Source: Nannocystales bacterium (GTDB lineage: Bacteria > Myxococcota_A > Polyangia > Nannocystales > Nannocystaceae). From it: 64,000 nt of DNA. Of the stretch, positions 37,930 to 49,475 are shown one piece after another; the first letter of the stretch is position 1; each line of letters opens with the position of its first letter. The notes below the pieces were generated by a model. It was not told the DNA's origin. It ran no database searches and saw only the letters and a list, made by a program, of their open reading frames with translations. The stretch spans positions 32,001-96,000 of the forward strand of contig JBOEGF010000005.1 of assembly GCA_050633305.1 (NCBI GenBank), written 5' to 3'. The translations under genes were made by a program, and so were the position numbers.

Positions 37930-40482
37930 ATGGAGTGCCTCGAGGAACATGACGCAATCGCCCTGCTCGAAGGCGTCGATGATGGAGGCCTCACGCGAAG
38001 CCGTGCGCATCTCCGTGAATGCGAGCGATGTCAGGAGTACGTCGCTGCTCTGGCTCAGGTTCTGATGCCACCTTCGGAAGCCTCGGTTGGTGGGTGGGGT
38101 CTTGCCGACGGTGTCTTGAGTCCTGGCACCCGGCTTGATCAATATGTTGTCGAGGCCATGATTGGGCGTGGCGGCATGGGGGCGGTCTACCGCGCACACG
38201 ATGAGCGCCTCAACCGCGCGGTCGCCATCAAGGTTCTGCAGGAGGAACTGGGCGAGAGACGGGTGGGTTGGCTTCGCCGAGAGGCCGGAGTCATGGCCGC
38301 GCTGTCCCACCCCAACATCGCTGAGGTGTTCGACTTCGGGGGAGCGGATGCCGGACCGTTTGTGGTGATGGAGTTGATTCGCGGTACGACGCTCGCCGAG
38401 TGGGCTCGGACGGAGCTAAGTCCGGAGGAGAGACTCCGAGCCTACGTGCAGGCGGGGCAAGGGCTTCTGGCGGCACACCGGGCGGGCGTGGTCCACCGCG
38501 ACTTCAAACCTTCCAACGCGATGATGACTACGGAGGGAGATGTCGGCCGGGTCAAGGTGCTCGACTTCGGTCTTGCGGGGGCATATGGGGGTGGATTGGT
38601 CTCCGCAGGCGCCCTCATGGGATCTTCCACGCACAGCGGCTTGGGAGGCACGCCTCGCTATGCGGCGCCCGAGCAATTTCTCGGCGACCCTGCGACGCCC
38701 GCGAGCGACCAGTTCAGCTTCTGTGTCGCGCTGTTTGAAGCACTCACGGGTCTGCTGCCGTTCCCCGGTTTGTCGGGGTCTGCCCGCCGGACGGCGATGC
38801 TTCGCGGCGAGCTGCGGTCGATGCCTCCATCCGTGCCTATCTCGGTGACCGACGCGCTCGAGCGAGGGCTCTCGCTGCAGCCAGGTGCGCGTTTTGACTC
38901 GATGAGGACGCTGCTGAGTGCGCTCGAGGGCTCACGGAGTCGGCGGCCTGCGCTCGTCGCTGGCGTCGGGCTCTTCATCGCCGCGGGTTGGGCGATCGCA
39001 CCGCAGGAGGAGACGCCGTGCGCCGATGGAGTCGAGCGAATGGAACGAGCATGGCCTCGCACCCGGGCTGCGCAGTGGGCCCAACGGCCCGAGTTGCTTC
39101 GGCAGGCCGCCCGGCTCGACTCCTACGTCGAAGACTGGCTCGCCGCGCGGGGAGAGCTCTGCGAGACACGGACCGACGACGTGGTTCGATTCGAATCCGG
39201 GGCTTCGTGCCTCGAGCGTCTTGCGGCACGCGTGGGTGAGGCCGGAGGCCGTTTGCGCAAGCTGGCTGCGCAGGGGGGCTCATTGCCCTCGAACCTACTC
39301 GGAAGCCTGGGACGTCCGGACGGTTGCCTCGATGCCAGTTTCGACGAGCAACAGGACGAGCTACTTCGAGACGAGGTCGACGTGTTCCGCTCTCGGGCTG
39401 CGTCCATTCGGGATGAGGGGACGTCCAGGTTGGAGGACAGCCCCGAGCTCCTCACCCGAGGCCGGGGGCTCCTGAAGCGGGCGCGCGAGCTGGGTGATGT
39501 TCGGTCCGAGGCTGCGGTCATCAACGTCTTGGCTGCCGCCGCTCTCGAGAGAGACAAGCACGACAAGGCAGAGCGCCTGCTCGAAGAGGCGTACTTTCTC
39601 GCGAAGCTTGCAGGTGATGAGGCGAGCGAGCTGGACGCCACCGAAAACCTAGTGCTCCTGTTGGCGCAGTACGTCATCGAACCTCAGCGCGCAGCGTACT
39701 GGGCAGCGGAGGCTGCCAGGATCGCTGCCGGGCGCTCGGACGTCGATCGTGGGCGGGCGGAGCTCTTGCTCGCCTGGGTGGAGCAAGCCTCGGGGCAACC
39801 AGAGAAAGCGTTGGAGCACTACAGCAAGGCGGTGCCACATCTCCGTGAGGACCGTCGCCACTGGGATGCCCTCGAAGGTGAGGCTCGAGCGAACCTGAAC
39901 CTCCAACGGTGGGAGGAGGCACGCGCGGGGCTGGAAGCGGCGATCGACGAACAGGAGCGGGAGCTTGGGCCGACGCACTCGAGCCTCGCAAAGCCGCTCA
40001 ACACGCTCGCTTCACTCGAGATCATGGCCAAGAATTTCGACAAAGCCGCGAAGCTTTTGGAGCGCGCCATCTCGGTCACGCCCGACGGCGACGCGATACC
40101 TAGAGCGATGACGAAGGGAAACCTCGCCATCCTCTTGAAACGCATCGGGGAGCTCGACCGGTCCTTGGCGATCTTCGAGGAGATTCGTGGAGACTTCGAG
40201 AGGATGCTTGGTGGACAGCACGAGTCGACCATCCGGACCGAACTCGCGATCATCGAGGTTCTGACCCTGTTGGAGAGGAGCGACGAGGCACTGCGTCGGG
40301 TCGAGCGGGCCTTGAAGAACGGGGTGCCCGATTGGGCCCTGTCCGTCGCTTTGTTCTCACGCGCGTCTCTGGTCGAAGACCCTAGACCCGATTTAGCGCG
40401 GATCTTGACGCTACCGGGCGAGCCCGAGTCGACGTATCGGGCCGCTCGGGAGGGCCTCGCCTCGCTCGAGTCAGCCCCCTGA
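37930..40482 (+). CDS. Receptor Ser/Thr kinase paralog: ZAS - kinase - TM - TPR
   Basis: Same architecture and motifs as 35279-37843; GAGG SD before ATG 37930. Confidence 0.93.
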   Translation: MECLEEHDAIALLEGVDDGGLTRSRAHLRECERCQEYVAALAQVLMPPSEASVGGWGLADGVLSPGTRLDQYVVEAMIGRGGMGAVYRAHDERLNRAVAIKVLQEELGERRVGWLRREAGVMAALSHPNIAEVFDFGGADAGPFVVMELIRGTTLAEWARTELSPEERLRAYVQAGQGLLAAHRAGVVHRDFKPSNAMMTTEGDVGRVKVLDFGLAGAYGGGLVSAGALMGSSTHSGLGGTPRYAAPEQFLGDPATPASDQFSFCVALFEALTGLLPFPGLSGSARRTAMLRGELRSMPPSVPISVTDALERGLSLQPGARFDSMRTLLSALEGSRSRRPALVAGVGLFIAAGWAIAPQEETPCADGVERMERAWPRTRAAQWAQRPELLRQAARLDSYVEDWLAARGELCETRTDDVVRFESGASCLERLAARVGEAGGRLRKLAAQGGSLPSNLLGSLGRPDGCLDASFDEQQDELLRDEVDVFRSRAASIRDEGTSRLEDSPELLTRGRGLLKRARELGDVRSEAAVINVLAAAALERDKHDKAERLLEEAYFLAKLAGDEASELDATENLVLLLAQYVIEPQRAAYWAAEAARIAAGRSDVDRGRAELLLAWVEQASGQPEKALEHYSKAVPHLREDRRHWDALEGEARANLNLQRWEEARAGLEAAIDEQERELGPTHSSLAKPLNTLASLEIMAKNFDKAAKLLERAISVTPDGDAIPRAMTKGNLAILLKRIGELDRSLAIFEEIRGDFERMLGGQHESTIRTELAIIEVLTLLERSDEALRRVERALKNGVPDWALSVALFSRASLVEDPRPDLARILTLPGEPESTYRAAREGLASLESAP

Positions 40483-41202
40483 GGACGGGGCTCGGACCAT
40501 CTTCTTTTGAGCCTCCGTCAGCGGGTCGTTGAGGATGAACTCGACCTTCGAGGTCTCCCATTTGCCGTCGACGGTGGAGACTTCGACCCGGTACTGCCGC
40601 CCGTGCACCCGGAGTCTCGCTGCGCCGTTGAACCACGACCACAACTCAACGTTCTCTTCGGGTTTGCTCTGCTTGGGTTCGCCGATCAGCGTCACGCCGA
40701 GTTGGGCGAGCGCAGCCTTGGGATCAAACGAGCCTTCGCCCGGAATGCCTTCGAACGTGAGTCCGGTGGAAATGCCGTTCTCGTAGCTGACCGAGATGGC
40801 GTCGTAGGTGCTGGTCGGGTCCACGTATCGTTGAAACGAATACGCGCACTCGAACCAAGTGCGCTCGGGTAGAAAGCGAAGGCACGACTTGCGGGTCATC
40901 CCTTTGCCCGTGGGGTCGCCCAGACGAGGTTGGATGTCGGTCGGCGCCTTCCCAAGCATCTGCGGCAGCGGGAACTTGCTGTCTTCGGTCACCGTGGCCG
41001 TCGGGCCGTCGTCGGCAACGACCGCTGGGGTCGGAGCCGGTTTCGCGGCTGGCTCGGCCGGCGGTTTTGTGTCCGGCTTGGCCTCGGGAGCGGGCTTGGC
41101 TTCAGCCGTGGCCGCGGGCTTGGCCGCAGGTGGCTTCTTCGACGAACCGTCGCTGGGGCACGCGGTGAGCAGCAGGGCGACGCAGGCCAGGGGTACGCGC
41201 AT
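40471..41202 (-). CDS. Lipoprotein with Pro/Ala/Lys linker, unknown function
   Basis: Lipobox LTAC; AKP repeats; globular C-terminal domain. Confidence 0.8.
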   Translation of the reverse strand: MRVPLACVALLLTACPSDGSSKKPPAAKPAATAEAKPAPEAKPDTKPPAEPAAKPAPTPAVVADDGPTATVTEDSKFPLPQMLGKAPTDIQPRLGDPTGKGMTRKSCLRFLPERTWFECAYSFQRYVDPTSTYDAISVSYENGISTGLTFEGIPGEGSFDPKAALAQLGVTLIGEPKQSKPEENVELWSWFNGAARLRVHGRQYRVEVSTVDGKWETSKVEFILNDPLTEAQKKMVRAPSSGG

Positions 41203-41238
41203 CGGCGGACGATAGCACTGGGCGTCCGGCCTGCAGCG

Positions 41239-41967
41239 TCATCTGCGGCCGCGAGCAAACGTGCTCTCGGGGAGCGGTCCGAATGCTCGATGCACCTCGA
41301 GGTCGAGGCTGAAGAGGTGTTCGTCGACGGTGAACACGACGCGGTGGCCCCCGTCTTCAACCTTGGCGAGGAACGCGCGGCTGTCGAGGTTCACGCGCTG
41401 CTCGGGGTGGTCCGACCACCACGGGGTTCGCTTGCTCTTGACGACAACCTCGGTCTCCAGCGTGATCGGTGGAGCGGGCTTGCCTTTGCGTTGAGCGCGA
41501 TCGAGTCGCGGCGTTGCGTTGACGGCGAGCGCCACTTCGAGCTCGCCTTCTTCGAGGCGCACCGTTTGCTCGATGGTCGCGTTCATGCCCAAGATCGTCG
41601 TGACGACCGGCTGCGACAACAGGCGACCTTGCACATCGACATCGGGGTCTGGCATCGCCACGGGAAGTTGGTTGTCGGGGTACAGCCGGAGCGTGGCCCG
41701 GACTTGAACCGATTGCGGGTTCTCGAGGTCTCCGGAGAACTCTTGGTGCGGAGCATCACCGACGATGCTCCCAACGTCCGCCTGCCCGACCCGTACCTCG
41801 GGCGGAGGCGAGAACTCGACCGCACGCATCAGCACGAGAACGGCCGCCGCGATCAACACCAGGTAGGCGTTGCGGCGCATCCACCCCAGCGCGCGTCTCA
41901 GACGCCCCTGGGGGGCCGATTCGGGAGCGTCGGGGGCCTGCTCGTCCACGGTGTTGGACCGTGGCAC
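41239..41967 (-). CDS. Membrane-anchored hypothetical protein with secretin-core-like motifs
   Basis: N-terminal TM; LLSQPVVTTILGMNATI..VNATPR..ITLETEV..VEDG. Start may be ATG 41880. Confidence 0.65.
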   Translation of the reverse strand: MPRSNTVDEQAPDAPESAPQGRLRRALGWMRRNAYLVLIAAAVLVLMRAVEFSPPPEVRVGQADVGSIVGDAPHQEFSGDLENPQSVQVRATLRLYPDNQLPVAMPDPDVDVQGRLLSQPVVTTILGMNATIEQTVRLEEGELEVALAVNATPRLDRAQRKGKPAPPITLETEVVVKSKRTPWWSDHPEQRVNLDSRAFLAKVEDGGHRVVFTVDEHLFSLDLEVHRAFGPLPESTFARGRR

Positions 41968-41974
41968 ACCGAGC

Positions 41975-42649
41975 TCAGCCTTCTAAATTTTCGGCCGATA
42001 CCGCGCCCGGCTTTGTAAACCGCAGGAAGTACGCCGCAATTCCCATCGCGACCGAGACGTTGAGTGAGCCTTTGATGCCCATCATCGGGAGGCACACTGT
42101 GCGTTCGGCGAACGATTCGATCCGAGGGTCGACGCCTGAGACTTCGTGGCCGAACACCAACACGATGCGTCCGGGTGCTCGGGCCGCGAGCACCTCTGGC
42201 TCGAACAGCGAGACCGCACTCGGCCCCCCATCGACGATCCAAAGTCTCGCACCGTCCTCGAGCAGGGTGCGTGCAGCCTCGACCGCATCCGGGTAGCGCG
42301 TCCAGGGAACCACCGCCTCGGCGCCCAAAGACGTCTTGGGCATCTTGCGATGCTCTGGAGTGGGCGTGAACCCACACAAGTGTAGGTGAGCGACCCCTGC
42401 CCCGTCGGCGGAGCGAAACACCGAGCCTACGTTGCTGAGACTTCGGATGTTGTCGAGCAACACTTCAACATGGACGTCGGACGGTGGACGACAGGTCGCG
42501 GTGTGCGTGACGTAGGCCGCGTCGACGAACGCGGTCGCGGCTCCGCACAGCGGGCACTCCGCGCCCAGGGGACTACCGTCCTGAACAGGGAATCGCAGCG
42601 CGCAGCTCGGCTCGCAGCATCGACGTGCCCGGTAGGTCGCCTCGTCCAT
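41975..42649 (-). CDS. TrmH/SpoU-family RNA methyltransferase with N-terminal zinc ribbon
   Basis: LDNIRSLSNVGSVFRSAD, FGHEVSGV, SLNVSVA SPOUT motifs; N-terminal CCEPSC..CPLC. Confidence 0.9.
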   Translation of the reverse strand: MDEATYRARRCCEPSCALRFPVQDGSPLGAECPLCGAATAFVDAAYVTHTATCRPPSDVHVEVLLDNIRSLSNVGSVFRSADGAGVAHLHLCGFTPTPEHRKMPKTSLGAEAVVPWTRYPDAVEAARTLLEDGARLWIVDGGPSAVSLFEPEVLAARAPGRIVLVFGHEVSGVDPRIESFAERTVCLPMMGIKGSLNVSVAMGIAAYFLRFTKPGAVSAENLEG

Positions 42650-42676
42650 CAGGGGCGGATGCTACTCTAGCCGCCC

Positions 42677-43102
42677 GTGGCGTACCGAGATGATCGCCAA
42701 GCGTTGTCGCTTCAGGTCGCGGACCTGGAGCGGGAGAACGCGGAGCTCAAGTCCGAGCTGGCCGAGTTACGCGACGATGCGAAGCGCGACCGGGAGGTTC
42801 AGCGAGACCGTGCGCGCCGGGACTCTCGGCATGGCTGCGTGATGTGCAGCGGGAGGTTGCACGCGGTCGCCGTGTTTTCGGGCCGACACAACGCGCCGAA
42901 GCCTCTGCAGATGAGCACATCACGCTTCTCGGATCCGTCAGGAGGGTTCAGTCGAAGCACGCCGATCAAAGCGATGGCCTGCTCGAGCTGCGGCTTCATC
43001 CATCACTACATCGACCTCGAACGCGCGGACAAAGCGTTGGTCACCGGGCACGACGACGAGGATGACTTTGAGGATGATGGCCTGGGCCTCGGCGAGGACT
43101 GA
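42677..43102 (+). CDS. Coiled-coil + zinc-ribbon protein
   Basis: N-terminal heptads; CVMC..CSSCG; acidic tail. Confidence 0.75.
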   Translation: MAYRDDRQALSLQVADLERENAELKSELAELRDDAKRDREVQRDRARRDSRHGCVMCSGRLHAVAVFSGRHNAPKPLQMSTSRFSDPSGGFSRSTPIKAMACSSCGFIHHYIDLERADKALVTGHDDEDDFEDDGLGLGED

Positions 43103-43121
43103 CGTCCGCGCTCCGCCGAAC

Positions 43122-44057
43122 TCAGCGTCGGGCCGGAGCTGAGTTCTGTGCATGACGGGGTCCGCGGCTCCCGTTGAGCAGCGGCTCGAGGGTTCCAAAC
43201 TCCGCCGCCAGAAAATCCATCAGCGCCCGGATACGTGCTGTTGTCCGAAGGTCGGCGTGTGTGAGGAGCCAGACCTCGCTCGCAAACTCTTGCTGTGGCG
43301 GTCGCACTCGCGCGAGAGCCGGGTCGTCGTCGCCGAGGAAGCAGGGCAGGGGGGCAACGCCGACCCCCAAGCGCGCGGCCTCGTGCAGCGCCATCAGGGT
43401 GTTGCTCCGCATGATGACGGTGCAGTCAGGGTGTGTCCTTCGGAGCCATATTGCAGGCTTGTAGTCTTCGAAACTGTCGTCCGGAAGAACGTATTTGAAG
43501 TCGGTCATATTCGAAGTCCCGACGCTCGCGAGGGTCTCGGGCGTTGCGTAGAACGTGGCTGCCAGGGTGCACAACTTGCGACCGACCGCCGTCTCGGGCG
43601 GGGTTGTTGTCGAGCGAACCACGACATCTGCTTCACGCCGGGCAAGGTCGGCGAACGCGTTTGCGGTCCGAACATCCAGCTCGATCTCCGGATACAGGGC
43701 CTGGAATCGAGCCAGCAACGGCATCAGCAGGTGCAGCGTGAGCGCGTCCGGCCCGGCGAATCTCACCAGTCCATGGGGGCGGAGGTCCTGGCCGGCGAGC
43801 AGCCTCGAGAGGTTGAAGAGTTCGGCCTCGATGCGTTCGGCGGCGTCGCGGACCGACTCGCCTTCGACGGTGGCGACGTAGCCCGTCGGTAGCCGGTCGA
43901 ACAGTCGCGAGCCGACCCGTTCTTCCACCGCGCGCACCCTTCGAAACACCGTGGAGTGGTTGACTCCAAGCGTGCGCGCAGCGGCGGACAGAGTTCCGGT
44001 GCGGAGGACTGCGAGCACAAACCGTAGGTCGTTCCAATCCAGCTCCTGTGCGCTCAT
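43122..44057 (-). CDS. LysR-family regulator
   Basis: LDWNDLRFVLAV..NHSTVFRRV HTH. Confidence 0.93.
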   Translation of the reverse strand: MSAQELDWNDLRFVLAVLRTGTLSAAARTLGVNHSTVFRRVRAVEERVGSRLFDRLPTGYVATVEGESVRDAAERIEAELFNLSRLLAGQDLRPHGLVRFAGPDALTLHLLMPLLARFQALYPEIELDVRTANAFADLARREADVVVRSTTTPPETAVGRKLCTLAATFYATPETLASVGTSNMTDFKYVLPDDSFEDYKPAIWLRRTHPDCTVIMRSNTLMALHEAARLGVGVAPLPCFLGDDDPALARVRPPQQEFASEVWLLTHADLRTTARIRALMDFLAAEFGTLEPLLNGSRGPRHAQNSAPARR

Positions 44058-44136
44058 GCAATGTCGTCTTTCGAAATGTCCCACGGCGTTGCGCCGGAGC
44101 ACAGCCTATCGTGGCGAGACCGAGGAGCAATCGACG

Positions 44137-44673
44137 ATGTATCTCCAGCACACTCAGCCCCTAAACCACAACCTGATGCGGCTCCTGGTCGCGAATCCGA
44201 GCCGTTACCGGCCGCTGGTCGCATTTTTGGACCAGGTCACCCAGAACCTCGCGCAACTCACTTGGGCGGACTGTGAAGCGATCGGCGCCGAACTCGCCCG
44301 GGACAACAAGTCTACGTTCTGCGCAGGCGTTCGCGACGCCACGTTGGATGCACTCGGTGAGGTCGAGGGGACACCGGCCGGAAGACTCGCGCCTCTGATC
44401 GACTTCGCCCGTCGAGTGAACGAGGACGCCACAACGATGACGCAGGAGGATGTCGACGCGGTGCGGGCTCATGGGTGGACCGATCAGACCGTCGAGGATG
44501 TCGTCGGCCTTGTGGCTGCGCTTCGGGTCTTCAGCACGATGGCCACCGGCCTCGGCTTTGCGACGTTGCCCGCGGAGGACTTCGCCAACATCGGACAAGG
44601 GACGGTCGGCGCGGGCGGCTATGTGGCGTCGTTCGACATGTTTCGAGCTGCCGGGTCCTCCGACGCCGTCTGA
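44137..44673 (+). CDS. AhpD/carboxymuconolactone decarboxylase-like protein
   Basis: NKSTFCAG, FARRVN..MTQEDVDAVRAHGWTDQTVEDVV; GAGGAG SD. Confidence 0.8.
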   Translation: MYLQHTQPLNHNLMRLLVANPSRYRPLVAFLDQVTQNLAQLTWADCEAIGAELARDNKSTFCAGVRDATLDALGEVEGTPAGRLAPLIDFARRVNEDATTMTQEDVDAVRAHGWTDQTVEDVVGLVAALRVFSTMATGLGFATLPAEDFANIGQGTVGAGGYVASFDMFRAAGSSDAV

Positions 44674-44700
44674 CGTCGACCCGCACTGCACCGAGGCAGC

Positions 44701-45876
44701 ATGACGTTGGTCTCTCGAAATCTGTGGGTCCTCGCCGCGTCTCAGGCGTTGATGCTCAGTGGGATGTCCCTGGTGGTCACGACCGCGCCCCTGGTGGGGC
44801 TCTCGCTGACCGAAGGCGAATCGCTTGCGACCCTTCCGGTGGCGGCGATGCATATCGCGACGCTTCTCACGACGCTACCGGCCGCGTTCCTCATGGGGCG
44901 GTTCGGTCGAAAGGCGGGATTCCTGACTGGTGTCGCGCTCGGCGTCACGGGAGCTGGCGTCGCGACGCTGGGGGTCCTCGAACGCAGCATGGTTCTGTTC
45001 TCTCTCGGAACGGCGATGGTCGGCATCCATCACGGGTTCGCGAACCACTTCCGATTCGCGGCTGCCGATGGTGTTCCGGCTGCGCAACGCAGTGTTGCTG
45101 TCTCGCGGGTCCTCGCCGGAGGAATCCTCGCAGCGGTCGTGGGTCCGAGCCTTGCGCACTACACCTGGCAGTGGATGGACGAGCCGTTCGCGGCCAGCTA
45201 CGCGGCGCTGCTCGCCGTCTACTTGGTCTCCGTGGTGGTCTTGCTGGCGCTGCGTCCCGCACCCACGATATCGCCGGGTCCTACCGACGTCCGTCCCGCT
45301 CGCCCCTTGGGAGCCGTCGCCTCCCAACCGCGTTTTCTCGCGGCGGTCACGTGTGCGACGTTCGGCTACGCAACGATGACCCTGGTCATGACCGCGACTC
45401 CGCTTGCGATGAAAGGGCATGGGCATTCCTTCGCCGACACCGCATCCGTAATCCAGTGGCACATCTTGGGCATGTTCGCCCCGTCGCTCATCACCGGACG
45501 GCTGATTCGACGATTCGGGATCATCTCCGTGCTCTGGGCCGGCGTCGCGCTCGAGTCGGCCGCGGTCGCACTGAACCTGGTCGGTGCGGAGGTCGTGTAT
45601 TTCCGAGTCTCTCTCATCGCACTCGGCGTAGGGTGGAACTTCCTCTTTGTCGGCGGAACGACGCTCTTGATGGAGACGTATCGCCCGTCCGAGCGAGCCC
45701 GAGCGCAGGGCCTCAACGACGGCATCGTGTTCACCACTGTTGCCCTTGCGACGCTCATGGCCGGTGTTCTGCATCCTCTCGTGGGGTGGCGAGGCGTCAA
45801 TCTCTCGGTCCTTCCGCTGCTGCTGATCGTTGCGGTCAGCATCGCTGTGGCGCGCCGGAGGTTGGCGCCGAGCTGA
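44701..45876 (+). CDS. MFS transporter (RfnT-like)
   Basis: About 12 TMs; MGRFGRKAG, HILGMFAPSLITGRLIRRFG, LGVGWNFLFVGGT. Confidence 0.9.
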   Translation: MTLVSRNLWVLAASQALMLSGMSLVVTTAPLVGLSLTEGESLATLPVAAMHIATLLTTLPAAFLMGRFGRKAGFLTGVALGVTGAGVATLGVLERSMVLFSLGTAMVGIHHGFANHFRFAAADGVPAAQRSVAVSRVLAGGILAAVVGPSLAHYTWQWMDEPFAASYAALLAVYLVSVVVLLALRPAPTISPGPTDVRPARPLGAVASQPRFLAAVTCATFGYATMTLVMTATPLAMKGHGHSFADTASVIQWHILGMFAPSLITGRLIRRFGIISVLWAGVALESAAVALNLVGAEVVYFRVSLIALGVGWNFLFVGGTTLLMETYRPSERARAQGLNDGIVFTTVALATLMAGVLHPLVGWRGVNLSVLPLLLIVAVSIAVARRRLAPS

Positions 45877-45951
45877 CTCTCTGTCGGTCTGGGGTGCCCA
45901 TCGGGGTCGTGAGATGTGCTCTAGTATTGCTCGTACTCGGAGGTGCTTCGA

Positions 45952-49434
<3,483 letters not shown>

Positions 49435-49475
49435 CTGGGCATGTCTCGCCGAGTCCCAGTGCTGGGGGGCGTCCC

